Source: Mobula birostris (Eukaryota). Taken from it: 64,000 bases of DNA. Location of the stretch: positions 14,405,884 through 14,469,883 of the forward strand of contig NC_092371.1 of NCBI RefSeq assembly GCF_030028105.1, written 5' to 3'. Within the stretch, counting starts at the first letter, position 1. Every line of letters starts with the position of its first letter. Positions 24,033-37,948 of this stretch are shown here, in pieces. The notes below the pieces were generated by a model. The model worked only from the letters and a program-made list of their open reading frames with translations, made no database searches and was not told the origin of the DNA. The position numbers and the translations under genes are program-made.

Positions 24033-26930
24033 TAAGACCTTAAGACCATAAGCCATAGGAGCAGAATCAGGTCATCTGGACCATCGAGTCTGATGGGCCA
24101 TTCAATCATGGCTGATGCTTTTTTCCTCTCCTCCCCAACCCTAGTTCCCGGCCTTCTCCCCCTAACCTTTGATGCCATGTCTAATCAAAAACCTATCATC
24201 CTCTGCCTTCAATTCACCCAACGGCCCGGTCTCCACAACTGCAAGTAGCAACAAATTCCACAAATTCAATACAGTTTGGTTAAACCAATTTCTCCACATC
24301 TCTGATTTGAAAGGGCGCCCCTCTAACATAAGGCTGTTCCCTCTTGTCCTACACTTTCCCACCATGAGAAACATACTTTCCACATCTGCTCTGTCTTGGT
24401 CTTTCAACATTCCAGGGATTTCAATGAGATCCCCCCTCATCCTTCTGAATTCCAGACCCAGAGCCATTAAACTTCCCTCAAATGATAAACCTTTCATTCC
24501 TGGAATCATTATTGTGAACCTCCTCTAGACTCTGACCAATGCCAACACATCTTTTCTAGGATGAGGGCCGGAACTGTTCACAACATTCAAGGTGAGGCCT
24601 CACCAGAGCTTTATAAAGCCTCAGCATCACATCCTTGCTCTTATACTCTAGACCTCTTGAAATGAATGTTAAAGTGGCATTTGGCTTCCTCACTACCGAC
24701 GCAAACTGTAAGTTCACCTTTCGGGTGGTCTGCACAATACGCCCAAGTCCTCTGTTTCTCATATTCCTTTATTTTCTCCCCGTTTAGAAAATAGGCCGCA
24801 CATTTATTATTTCTACCAAAGTGCATGACCATGCATTTCCAACATTGTATTTCATTTGTCAGTTTCTTGCCCATTCTCCTAACCTGCCTAGGTGCTTTGC
24901 TCAACACTACCTGCCCCTCCACCAATCTTCGTATCATCTGCAAACTTGGCTAAAAAGCCATCTAAATCATTTATTTACAGCATAAAATGAAGTGGTCTGA
25001 ACACCGACCCCTGCGGAACACAATAAGTCCCTGGCAGCCAACCCAAAAGGATGCTTTTATTTCCCTTCGCTGCCTCCTACCAATCAGCCAATGCTCTAAC
25101 CATGTTAGTAACATTCCAGTAATACCACTGGCTCCTGACTTGGTAAGTAGCCTCATGTGTGGCACCTTGTCAAAGGCCTTCTGAAACTCCAAATATACGA
25201 CATCCACTGCTTTTCCTTTATCCTCCTTGCAATCTCAAAGAATTCCAACAGGTTCGTCAGGCAGTAATTTCCCTGAAGGAAGCCATGTTGATTATGTACT
25301 ATGTTGTCCTGTGTCACCAAGTTGTCCAGCCCCTCATCCTTAACAATCGACTCTAACACCTTCCCAAACACTGAGGTCAGGCTAACTGGTCTATAATTTC
25401 CTTTTTGCTGCCTTCATTCAGAGGAGTAACATTTGAAATTTTCCAGTCCTCTGGTGATATGCCAGAGTCCAATTATTTTGAAAAATTATTTCTCATGCCA
25501 CTACAATCCCTAGCGCCCTTTTTTTCAGAATAGTAGGGGGCAGTTCCTCTGGTCTGGGTGACTTATGTACCTTTTGGTTTTCAACTTTTTGAGCGCCTTC
25601 TCTCTTGTAACAGAAACACCACCCACTTCTCTTCCTTCATGCGCCACAACATCACGCACACTGTTCGTGTCTTCCACAGTGAAGACTGACGCAAAATACT
25701 CATTTAGTTCATCAGTCATCTCCTTCTCCCCCGTTAAGATTTCGCTTGCCTCATTTTCTAGCAGTCCTATATCCATTCTCATTTCTCTTTTATTTTTAAC
25801 ATACTTGAGAAACCTTTTACTATCCACTTTGACATTATTTTCTACCTTGCATTCATATTTCATCTTTTCCCTTCTAATGATGTTTCTCGTTGCTCTGTAA
25901 GTTTTGTTTATAAATTTCCGAATCTTCCATCTTCCCACTAATTTTTGCACTGTTGTATGCCATTTCTTTTGCTTTTACAATAGCTTTGACTTTCTTGTCA
26001 GCTAGGATTGTACCATTTTACTATTTGTGTATCTTGGAGTACACATGTCATGCACCTTCCTCATTTTTCCCACAAACGCACGTCATTGCTGCTCTGCTGA
26101 AATGCCTGCTAGCAGCTCCTTCCAATTTACTTTGGCCAACTCCCCTCTCTTACCAATGAAATTTCACTTACTTCACTGAAAGACTTCTACATCAGGCTTC
26201 ACTTTCTCCGTATCAAATTTCATGTGATCACTCAGGGTTTACAAGGGTAAACCCTTAGGGTTCTTTGACCTTAAGCTCCCTAATCGCCTCCGGTTCATTA
26301 CTAGCACCCAAACGAGTGTAACTGATCCCCTTGTCGGCTCTGCAACAAACTGCGCTAAAAAGCTATCTCCTAGGCATGCAACAAACTCTCTCTCTTGAGA
26401 TCCATTACAAACCTAATTTTCCCAGTCGACCTGCACGTTAAAATCTCCCGTAACTACATTGCTGTTTTGACTTGCCTTCTATATTTCCTGTGTAACGTAT
26501 GGTCCACCTCTGGATCTAATTTCTTTTCCTTCTTATGTGATTGGTACCAATATGTATCAAGACGTCTGGCTGCTCCCCTGACCCTGGTACCTGGGAGGCA
26601 ACATGCCATCTGGTTGTCCCGTTAACGTCTCTAGAATCTCCTGTCTGTTCCACTCTCTATCGACTCCTCTATTGCTACCGCACCTTTCTTCTCTCCCTTT
26701 CCCTTCTACACCACGGACCCATGCTCAGTGCCTGTAACCCGGCTCCGTGGCATTCTCCCGGGTTGTCATCCTTTATAAAAGTATCCAAAGTGGTAGACTT
26801 GTTTTTGAGGGGAACAGCCATATGGGTGCTCTGTTCTAACTACTTAATTTCACTTCTCCCGACAGTCACCCAGGTACTCGCCGCCTGCAACTTGATGGTG
26901 ACGACTTTCCTGTAATATTTATCAATTATA
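24033..26930 (-). mobile_element. CR1 LINE ORF2, degenerate
   Basis: MDVVYLEFQKAFDKVPH, LYKALVRPHLE, YVKNKREMR, (TAAGACCA)-type tail. Confidence 0.85.
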
Positions 26931-27243
26931 TCTTCGGTCTCCTCACGTTAAGGAAGTGCCTGCAGGTCATCTGGGAAACAGGGATAGAAAACGTGATCGG
27001 CAAATTTCTTGGAGATCTCTTGGTAATCGTGTCAGAACTTTCGCAGTAGAAAAACTGGCAATCGGCGGACGCGGTTCATGTTGATTATCAGCAGGCCGCC
27101 TGTGACGTGATTCGCAACAGTTTGCTGAAGGAAGAAATCCAGCTGTTCACAGTGCATATCCAAACACTTGGACAAGGGATCCAGGTGTATTATTGCCATG
27201 TTTGTTGATTATCAGGGTTTTCAGGACAGTACAGAATGACTGT

Positions 27244-28792
27244 TGAACCTTCCGCGTATAATAAGATGGGAATTAGGGATGTTCAGCAATAATTGCACCG
27301 GTGATGCAACCGGCTGCAGATGCTGGAATCTGGAGCAACTCAGAAAGAGGGGGAAGGACTAAACGGGTCAGACAGTATCTATGCCGGGAAATGGACAGTC
27401 GCCGTTTACGTCCGAGAACGTTCACCTGAAATCCAGTCGTGTAATTTTCCGACAGTGAGATATGGAGCAAGACTCTGAAAATAGTCAGACAAGGCTGGTA
27501 GGAGCAAACATCAGTCTGACTACATTAGCTCCAGCAATGGGCCCTATCAGCAAGAAAGGATCTGACCACCAGCCCGTGACATTCCATGACCTTATTTCGC
27601 CATCCACATTCGGATGGGACAACTGATCAGAAACACTGGATTGATTAAATTGATGCTTATAAATTAGAAAATGTTCATAGACTTGGGATTATAAAATTCA
27701 AGCTCAATATAAATTTACCATAAAAGTGTGATAAGTCATCATATATTTCCCCGAGTTTCATTAACAGTGGGCAGTTGTTCACAGCTGAAGAAAACAGGCA
27801 GGGCGCAAAAAATAATGGATAGAATGTGGAATGCTTGAGGTGTAGAGAAAATGTTCTAAATTGGAGTCTCTTTCAATGTCGAAATGATGAGGTCATGTGT
27901 GGAAGTTCATGGTGAAATTTACCGCCATTTAACCATACACATGTACAGATACGAAATACCCTTCCTCTGAGGCCAAGGTGAAAAACATTGTAGATAAAGC
28001 CATGCACATTAGATGCAGTAACAATCCAAAACATGCAGTCAGAAAATAGATTTTACAAAGGTGTCTGAGTGGCATGGCATGAAGATCGACAAGCTGACAT
28101 GAAGTGTGAAATGAGTGCTTATGTAAGGCATAGTAACGTTTATTAATTCATCTATTTATATATGTACTTATGTTTTTGTTTCTATTTGCACAGTTTGTCT
28201 TATTTTGCACATTGGCTTTCTTAGTCTTTAGCTTTTCCTTGATTCTATTGTATTCCTTAATATCTACTGCGAATGCCCGCTGTTAATGACTTACCGCACT
28301 TTGATAGTGAATTTATATTGAACTTTGAATTTTATAATCCCAAACCTATGAACACAGTCCAATTTATAAGCATCAATTTAATGAATGCAGTGGTTTCTGA
28401 TGAGTGGTCCCCTCCGAATGTGGATGGCGAAATAAGGTCATGGAATGTCACAGGCTGGTGGTCAGATCCTTTTCTGTTGACAGGGGCCTTTGCTGGAGCT
28501 AATGTAGTCAAACTGATGTTTGCTCCTACCAGCCTTGTCTAACTATTTTCGAAGTCTTGTTCCATGCCTCAATATCTCACTGTCGTAAAATTACATGACT
28601 GGGATTTCAGATGAACGTTCTCGGACGTAAACGGCGACAGTCCATTTCCCGGCATAGATACTACCTGATCAGTTTAGTCCTTCCAGCTCTTTCTGAGTTG
28701 CTCCAGATTCCAGCATCTGTAGCCGTTTGCATCATCGGTGCAATTATTGCTGAACGTCCCTAATTCCCATCTAATTATATGCGGGAGGTTCA
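27244..28792. repeat. Imperfect inverted duplication (arms about 27244-27739 and 28285-28792)
   Basis: Reverse complement of the right arm aligns collinearly with the left arm over about 500 bp, with scattered mismatches; spacer about 545 bp. Confidence 0.9.
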
Positions 28793-29376
28793 CTGCCGAG
28801 AGGAGCACTCCTTATGCCCTGCTGCATTGATTGCGTTCCACTGCAACACCTTTGCACAATAACAGACCCCAATGTGTGACGGTAAATTAAATTCTGCCCA
28901 GGAGCACTTTAAAGACTATATAGAAAAACACTTGTCGGTTGGGAGTTACGCATTTTAGCGACAAATTGTCTCATAAGCAAAACAGCGACATGCTTTCTAC
29001 GGTAATGGCATATTCTCAGATAGGAACCAATGCATTGTCGTGGTAATTTTGGGATGGCATAGAGACTTTGTAGAAATTTGATGTGACCTTCAACAGTTTT
29101 GTTCTCATTAGTCATTCTGAGTAGTCAAGAGGGGCCGAGTGCCTCCACGACCCACACCCACTGTTCCAGAGGGAAGCAGCCGAAACAATGTCTAAAATAA
29201 TTTTAGCCTGAGTATTCTCCAAAGTTCTACAGACCTGGATATGTGATACAACTGAAGATGTAACAATCTTGAAATTCGCGGTAAAGGTTTTAAAAATCAG
29301 CAAGGTGGTCATTCAAAGCTTCCGAATGTCAGCAAGTCAGTCTCCGCCCACATTCTTTCCTTGGCGCCGCCCACTC

Positions 29377-29397
29377 ATTTACATCTCACTTAATAAA
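29377..29397 (+). promoter_or_regulatory. IgL promoter: variant octamer ATTTACAT plus TATA-like TAATAAA
   Basis: ATTTACAT at 29377-29384 (one mismatch to ATTTGCAT) about 126 bp before the leader ATG, then TAATAAA at 29391-29397. Confidence 0.6.
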
Positions 29398-29509
29398 CAG
29401 ACCTGAAGACAGCTTGTAGGCTCTGAAATCTGAGCAGTTCCCGAAGTGTGCAGAACAGCGCATGGTTCGGTCGGAATTTTTGGGCGCTCGCTGTCTGCAC
29501 CTGTCCGGA

Positions 29510-29558
29510 ATGTCCCCAGCGCTGCATCTCCTGTGGGTTCTGCTGGTTCATTTACCAG
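29510..29558 (+). pseudogene. IgL: Ig light chain type I (sigma-cart/NS5-like), leader exon MSPALHLLWVLLVHLP
   Basis: ATG 29510, 49 nt, phase-1 donor CCAG|GTGAGA, 106-nt intron to the V exon. Confidence 0.85.
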
Positions 29559-29664
29559 GTGAGAGGCCGATTGGTTTATGCACGGATAATCCGTTAAATT
29601 GGCACTACTGCTGATTTTTATTTTGCTCCAAGTCACCCAGTGGTTTTATTGTGCTTTATTGCAG

Positions 29665-30018
29665 ATATCCACGCGGCCCCAGTGCTCAACCAGACCCCAA
29701 TGTCCGGACCTGTTTCCAGGGGACAAACAGTCCGCTTAGAGTGTCGGATACAGAACGGTAATGTTGGAAGTTACCACATGAGCTGGTACCGACAGCGTCC
29801 CGGGGAGAGACCGGAGTCGGTGTTAGCACAGCACACAAACAATAATATATACCGAGGGACAGGGATCACAAATCGTTTTCAACCGTCCAGAGACACCTCC
29901 AGCAACAGTCACATCCTGACCATCAGCAGTTTGGAACCCCGGGATTCCGCCGTCTATTACTGTGGAGCGTGGGATAATGGAGTTATCCTCGGTCCAGGCA
30001 CCATCCTGGATATTAAGA
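29665..30018 (+). pseudogene. IgL: Ig light chain type I germline-joined VJ exon (open frame)
   Basis: APVLNQTP...LECRIQNGNVGSYHMSWYRQRPGE...RFQPSRDTSSNSHILTISSLEPRDSAVYYC-GAWDNGVI-LGPGTILDIK; donor AAGA|GTAAGT; V and J fused with no RSS; resembles elasmobranch type I V regions as I recall them. Confidence 0.92.
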
Positions 30019-31737
30019 GTAAGTGACTCCCTTATTCTGTTCCAAAAAATAATATTACAACCACTCTTATTCCCCACAGCTGGATAAAACCCCGTCCAGG
30101 GTAGACTTTCCTTTGTCTTCACTGTGGGAGTTTCCATCTCTCTCAGTCCGGCAAAGAGGCAGTTCGGCCCATCTAGTCAACCTCAACAATTAAATTAATG
30201 ATCGTTTGACTTGTGAACGGTTTTTTTGTTGGGCGCTTCTGACCTACTTCAGTCGGTGTAGCAGAAATCAATACTTTCCGACCTCCCTCCTTTTTAACAT
30301 AATACGACCCGTGGATTGTATTTTTAGCATTGGTTTACTTTTGCTACTTTTCACAAGATGGAATGAGAAGTTTGTAATGCATACTGTCCATAAAGATCAA
30401 GTGATGAGCAGTACATTGAGTTAAAGACAGCTTAATACAGAATAAAATGTACCAGCCACAGAGGAAATGCAGTGCAGGTAGATAAGTTGCAAGATCATAA
30501 GGAAGTAGATTGTGAGGTCAATCATCCATCTTATCGTACAAGAGAACAATTTAATAGTCTTAATACAGCGGCCCCTTTTTGACGGCAAATTAAACCATTC
30601 CCTGCTGTCTGCACATACTCCATATCCCTCCATTCTCAGCAAACTCACGTGTCCGTCTAAAAGCTTTTTAAACGTCCCTATCTTATCTTCCTCCACCAGC
30701 TCATGCCCCATCACTCTGTATAAGAAGTAAACATTCACCGAACTTTTCCTTTAAATTTTTCTCCCCTCGGCTTACATTACTGCCCTGAGGATAATGTATT
30801 GACTGTCTATCCTATCGCTATCTCCCGTACGGACTGGAATAATATTCACACATAATTTGGGGAAATGATCGCTACCACAACCATGACATCTACCCGTCCC
30901 TCTACTTTCACCACCTCAGCGAACATGTTTGATGCGAATATTCCATAATTTCTCTGGGTGTGGTAAATCCTGCACCGCAGAGAAAGATGTTCACCGCTTC
31001 AAGTTAATGCAATTCACAGTTTGTGGTTAAGGATCGTGTCATCGTGATTGCAGAAAACACAGTAGAAGAACATGAGGCTTTTCAAGTAATACACACTAGG
31101 GGAAGATGCTGGGTAGAAAGTAGGCTGTTCAGAGATTCGAGCGGCAATAGACGGGTGACTTGGGGTTCGGAATACAATGTGGGTCAGAACGGGTCGTTTC
31201 ACCTCTTCCCGCTTCTCACCGGTTCACAAACCTGCTCTTTTCTCCGTCATTCCTCCTCAGTCACTTTGTACTGAGCGTTAGCTATCGATTGAGATTTCCC
31301 GCACTCGGGACATTCCAAAGAACCTGCATTCTATCATCAACTGAAGGTGTAATATTTTCAGTTATTGTTCTGAAAGTTCAAGATTTGTGGAGTTATTGGA
31401 GAACAACAAAGAACTGGTCTCACTAAACGGACCATTCATATGGGCACGGCGTGGGCAATTAGCGAAGAGATTGTGTAGTTATCTTCTAACATAATGCAAT
31501 GCCGAGAGCAGAGTGGATTCAAAACATTTTTTTTTAAATAAATGATGTCCCGTCGTAGCCGCTCAAGGCTGCGAATAATCCGGGCAACTCTTCATTCAAA
31601 GGTTTGCGCCCGAGGGGTCAAATGTGCCGAATACTGTTTCCCAATGCCTGTGATAATTTCGGCGCTGGTGTTTCTATCTCTGAACAGTCCATGAAGTAAT
31701 ATTGTTTCTATTTCCCTCCGTCTCCTCTCTCACACAG

Positions 31738-32063
31738 GTAGCGATTCCCGGGAGCCCTCAGTTCTTCTGCTCCCTCCTTCTCCGGAGGAGACCGGCAAGG
31801 GTTCGGCCACTCTCTCCTGTCTGGTGAATGGTTTTAAGCCGGGCTTGGTAGCGCTGCGCTAGACCGTGGATGGGGTCGAGACGAAGAGCGGAGTGACGAC
31901 AGGCGCCGTGGCCCTGGACACCGACCAGACCTACAGGCTGAGCAGTTACCTGCGGGTACCTGCCGCTGAATGGAACAAGGGCTCAAGTTATTCCTGCAGC
32001 GTGAGCCACAGCTCGCTGAGCTCGCCGCTGCGCAACACCATCTCCTCGTCCGCCTGTGCGTAG
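31738..32063 (+). pseudogene. IgL: Ig light chain type I constant exon with premature stop
   Basis: Acceptor ctctcacacag|; SDSREPSVLLLPPS...ATLSCLV...ALR*TVDG...YRLSSYLRVPAAEWNKGSSYSCSVSH...SSSACA*; TAG at 31860-31862 replaces the conserved Trp. Confidence 0.9.
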
Positions 32064-33864
32064 TGAGAGTGTGCCGGCTGGCAGCACACGTGGATTGTTT
32101 GTTCTTGTTTAATTCTTTGAAGCAATCATTGGGTCTGTGCAGCAGCCCATTGCAATGTAATTGTGTAGTAATGTTCGCTTATGGAAACAATCTGAATGTT
32201 TAATAATTTCAGAAAAGTTGCCGTTAATAATCCATCTTTTGCGACCAATAATTCTCTGTAGAATTTTCCCTACTGTGCTGATTCTGAACTACCACTATGT
32301 GTAGTCTCAGGAGCGATCCCCCCTGCTGTGATTTGAACTTGTGCAACACAACTCTAAGTAAAAGAGGAAACAAAGGTAGATTTATCGTGTCTTGTCTTTA
32401 CTCGGCTGCTGGCAGTACGTTGGGGGGAATGGTCGCGGACAATGTGCTGTCCAGGAGCCTCAATCAGAGTTACTGTTATATCGACTCAGACATCTTACTC
32501 TGCTTTTCTGCCTTCTGTGTCCTGAGAATTCTTTGTCCGTCGGCACTCAGACTCCACCATCACCGGAACCTTCTACTTCTCGGTGCCCTGCATTTCTGCT
32601 CTTCATTTACAACCATCCCTTTGGGAGGGAGAACAACAGTCTCACTGCCTCTTGGCCAACGTATTACTACCATTGGGAATGTTACACAGTAGGGAAGTTT
32701 CCCCGTGACGTGACCGTTCTCTCCACCGATTCCGTTAATTCCTAAATGAAGGCCATCAGCCTCACTTCCCGCCCTGACACCACCGTCACCACCCGCCACA
32801 GCCGCACACTAGCTTCTGCAATTCATAGTTATCTTCAAAGTTTAAGATAAATTTGTTATCAAAGTTTGTATACGTCTTCATATGCGATCCCGAGTTTCAT
32901 GTTCTTACAGGTATTCACAGTAGAATAAAAAGGTAGAATAGATGGAATGAAAAACTACACACAAAGACTGAGAAGCACAAAGACGAATAACGGCAAATAA
33001 ATAAATGGATAGATTGAAAGAGAGACAGATTAATAAATAAAACACACATGAATAGATAGATCAATTAAACTCATCAATCATAAATAGATAAACAAACGGA
33101 TAAAGGGGTGATGGAAAAATCATACAAAATACTGAGGACATGAGTTTGAAAGTGAGTCTACAGAAAGTGAGATCAGTTCAGAGATGCGGTGATTAAAGTC
33201 ATCCACTTTGGTTCAGGAGCCTGATGATGGAACTCTTCCTGAAACTTGTAGTGCTGGATCTAAGAGTGTAATTGTCAGATGGGAGAAAGTTGTGGAAGCG
33301 TGAAACACGTGTGAGATGACTACAGAGACCCGTTTAATTATGTTAATGTTATATCTTGTCTGACCAATAGCGTGGTTTTTTATGGAGGGCGTGACTGATA
33401 AGACGACTGCGAGTGTTAGCTCCACGCACACACAACGAATTCAGTACATTTCACACAAATTACTTACTGTTGCCTGACCTGCTGATTTTTTTCCTCAAGA
33501 ATTTGGTGTTGAAATATCACTTCGTCATTAATGAGGTTTTTATGTTAGTTGGATGGTGTCAAACTGTTCCTGGACTGTGCTAATCACTCTATTTATGGAC
33601 AACACAGAGCAACTTGCGCGACATTAGAGAAGATAAATCCTGTTTATAAGAAAAAAGTCAAATGAACAATCGCTCAAGTGACGTCCACACTTGGTGTACT
33701 GGAATAATTAACACTTTTAACGTTTTTAAACATCTTTGAAAACACCGAGACTGTCAAGCGCACAACAAATCACTAAAAACAGAAAAAAAATCAATGAACA
33801 TAAATAGAATACATTAAATATTATAAAATATTAGCTTTATTTGGCATACATGAAGACAAACATA

Positions 33865-34193
33865 CAGTGCCGCTTGCGTTAAATCAAATCAATAAGGATT
33901 GTACTGGGGACAGACCGGAAGTATCGCCACGCTTTCGGCGACAACATGTTCGGCGGTACCACGCTTTGGTATCTATGCATTTACCTACCTATCTAACTCT
34001 CTGTCTATCTGTGTATCTATCTGTCTATTTATATATTTATTCATTCAGAGATACAGTGCGTAACAGACCCTTCGCACCGTCCAGCAAGCCACTGTTTTGA
34101 CACAAACGCAATCACAGGACAATTTACAATAACCAGATGACCTACTAACCGGTACCTCTTTTGACTGTGGAAGGAAATCAGAAAACCTGGAGG
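33865..34193 (-). mobile_element. V-SINE (HE1-like) fragment truncated by an LTR-like insertion
   Basis: gactgtggaaggaaatcagaaaacctggagga, similar to the V-domain. Confidence 0.5.
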
Positions 34194-34735
34194 ATGTTAC
34201 GCCTGTCAGTACCTCCATTTGAAATTTGTCTTAATGTGTGCTTTTCCCCTAGCGCTCAGTCTGTGGTTTTGTATTGCCATGTGCTCTTGATGTTTTCGTA
34301 ACTCATCTGCCCCTGTCCATGCTCCTGTTCTACCCCGGCGCTTGTATTACTGAGTACTTCGCCTCTCACTTGTTTCTCATTATTATCCGTTTTTCTGCCA
34401 CTTCCGTCTCATTGTGCTCCAGCTATCATCTGCCTCTCTGTTTATTGCTGAGTGCACTTTAGTCCTGTTTTCACTTGTTTGTTGTTAGATTGTCCCAGTG
34501 AATTTTCCTGAGCCTTTCCAGCATTCGTGTCTGTACTCTATACGTCTGAACATCGACTCTGCCTGTTTCCTGATTCTATTTTTTGGATTTCTCTGGATGT
34601 TTTTATCTCTGCCTGAACTTTGACGCTGTCTTTATTTGCACGTCGGGATTTGTTACTTAATTAATATCACTGTGTGCACAGTACTGTGTCTGCGATTGAA
34701 TCCCTGCTCCAGCGTCCGGACAGCCTCTTAAACTC
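34194..34735 (+). mobile_element. Degenerate solo LTR-like element
   Basis: TGTTACG start, pyrimidine-rich body, LTR-like 3' segment. Confidence 0.35.
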
Positions 34736-37700
34736 TATAACTGGCATGTGGGTATTGAACAAAACCGGGAAATTTCATAAAAAATTCTTATCCTTTATTG
34801 AAAAGCGCCTGAAATACACACGCAGAGAGGATGTATTGCACATTTGCAATAAACATTGAAACATTATGGTTTACTGAATTATAAATAATACTTGGTATAA
34901 AACCTTAAGACTGCCCACTGGAAAGGTGAGCACTAATAATGTGGTGGCGATAGGAGACAGCCATACACCAGGATGCAGTCTGTAAACCAGATTCAACAAC
35001 GAAAAAATGGTGAGGTGCGTTTTCCGACAACGCCTATTATCCCCTCTTTGACTCCCCCTCCCCAACATAAGACAGGAAGTACTACAGCATTAGGAGAAGG
35101 ACTGTTCGGATGTGGAACAACTTCCTCCTCCAGGACGTGAGACTGCTGAACTCCCTGCGACCACCCAGGTCTCATCATCTCTGAAGTCTCAATGGCGTTA
35201 TGCAGCTTGCTTTCCGACTTGTGTCGTAAATGCTCCTTATGCTGAATGTCAAATTTCTGGAATATATGTCATTATGTGTTAAATTATTTGTGCTAATATT
35301 ATTTTGTGTTGATTGTGCATTATATGCATCTTGTTGTGCACCTTGGTCCGGAGAAACTATAGTTCGTTTGATTGATTGACTATGAAACTGAACTTGAACT
35401 TCAACATGTAAGTGAAGGCAAATATATTTAGGCCAATGAGGGTTATAAAGTGATGTAATCAGTCTTCAAGATGGCCTCAGATGGCGCCGATAAATGGCGT
35501 CTCTTTGCAAGCATCTCCGTTGTGAATAGTCTAAAATTTCCATTTAGGGCTGCTACAGCTAAAATCCATTGCCATGAGATGCGTCACCGAGTAACATCGG
35601 CGAATTCCATTGCCGCTGCTTGATCCATCGAGTGTTTCCAGCATTCTGTTCCTCTCGATATTTTATTTTGTTTGCAAAATCCACTTGCATAATAATATAG
35701 ATCCGGCCATCTGGTGGGTGGAGATGTACATACTATAAGACCATAACACATGGGATCAGAAGTAGACCATTCGGCCCATCGAGTTTACTCCGTCATTCCA
35801 TCATGACGGATCCCGGATCGCACTCAACACCATGCACCTGCCATCTTGCTATATCCTTTGATGCCCTGACCGATCAGTAAACTGTCAATTTGCGCCTGAA
35901 ATATACGGACTTGGCCTGCACTGCGCTCGGTGTCAGAGCATTCCAATGATTTACTACTCCCTGGCTTTACCTCTGTTCTAAATGGTCGCCTGTTTTTTTA
36001 GATTGTGCCCTCTAGCTCTACATACCCAACCTAAGGAAACATCCTCTCCACATTCATCCTATCTAGTCCTTCCAACATTCGATTCGTTTCAATAAAATAC
36101 CCACCCTCATTCTTCCAAATTCCAGTGAGTACGGGCCCAAAGTGGCCAAACTCTCCTCATATGTTCATTCTCCGAATCATCCTCGCGAACTTTTCTGTAC
36201 TCTGTCCAATGATAACACATCTTTTCTGAGATATACGGCCCAAAACTCCCGTCAATACTCCAAGTGCGGCCTGAGTAATGACTTATAAATGCTCAGCATT
36301 ATCTCCTTGTTTTTATATTCTATTCCCCTTGAAATAAATGTCAACATTGCAATTGCTTTCTTTACCGAAGACGCAATCTGTAAATTAACATTCTGGGATT
36401 CTTGCAGGATTCCTAAATCCGTTTGCACCCCTGATGTTTGAACCCTTTCCCCACTTAGATAATAATGCGTACTATTGTTCATTTTATCAAAATGCACCAT
36501 CATATATTTCACAACACTGTATTCCACTTGCCACTTTTTTGCTCATTCTTTCCATTTGTCTAAGTCGTGTTGTAATCACATTGCTTCCTCAGCACTCCCT
36601 ATCCCTCCACCTGTCTTCGTATCATCTGCAAACTTTGGCATAAAGCCATCGATTCCATAATCCTATTATTGAGAAACAATGTGAAAAGTAGCGGTCCTAA
36701 CACTGACGCCTGACACCTAGAGTCACCGCCAGCCAATAAGAAAAGGCCTCTTTTAATTCCACTCGGGGCCTGCTACCTGTCAGCCATTCCGCTCTCCATG
36801 GTAGTATCTTTCCTGTATCACTGTAGGATTACATTTTGTTTTGCAGACTCGTGTGGAACCTTATTAAGCGCCTTCTGAGAATCCAAGCAAATGACATCCA
36901 CTGCCTCTCCTTTGTCCACACTTCTTGTTGCGTCCTCGAAGAACTAACAGACTTGCGCAAGATTTCCCTTTGCAGAAACGATGCTGACTTTGACTTAGTT
37001 TATCGTTAGTCTCCAGGTACCTCGAAACTTCATCCTCAGTAATAGACTCCAACACTTTCACAACCACTGATATTAGACTAACTGGCCGATCCTTTATTAA
37101 AGTGAGAAGTGAATTTTTAATCTTCTCGTACTTCGGACCATGCCAGAATGAAGTGAAAGATCATGACCAATGCATCCGTTAGCTCTTCAGCAACCTCTCT
37201 CAGCCATCTTAGGACCTTTCAGTTTGCCTGTCAATTTTTCCTTTGTAATAGCAATGACACTCACTCCTGCTCCGTAACACTCACGGATCTCTGGCATACT
37301 TCTAGTGTCATCCACAGTGAAGACAAATGCAAAGTACCCATTAAGATCATCTGCTATTTCTTTGTTCCCCATTACTACATCACCAGCATCATTTTCCTGT
37401 GGTCCAATATCAACTCTTACCTCCCTTTTACTCTTTATGTAACTGAAATATTTTGGTATCCTGCTTTATATGATTGCCTAGTCTGTCCTCATAATTCACC
37501 TTTTCTTTTCTTGTAGCTTTTTGGTTGCCTTTTGTTGGATTTTTAAAAGCTTCCGGTCATCCAAATTCCAACACAATTTTGCTATCTTATATGTTCTTTC
37601 TTTGGTTTTTATGCAGTCCTTAATTTCCTTTGTCAGCCACAGCTGCCATTTGAGAACCTCGTCCTCTGTGAGACATATCTATCCTGCGATTGTGAACTAC

Positions 37701-37948
37701 CTCCAGAAAATTCAGGGAACTCTTCACTGCTTTCATTCCCGCCAGTATCCTTCTCCAATCCACCTCGGCAAGCTCGTCCCTCCTGCCTCTGTAATTTCCT
37801 TTATTCCATTGCGATACTGATACATGCGAGTTACGCTTCCCCCTTTCAAATTGCTGTACAAATTCAATCATATGGTCACTGTCTCCTGAGTGTTCAGTGA
37901 CGTTAAGCTCTCGAGTAGGATCTGGGTTATTCTACAACACCAACTCTA

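Noticed and set aside
27185-27196. VYYC motif
   Set aside because: Lies in a degenerate Rex-type RT fragment; no other V motifs.
32297-32799. ORFs downstream of the IgL C exon
   Set aside because: No Ig motifs; the DNA resembles a degenerate LINE endonuclease region.
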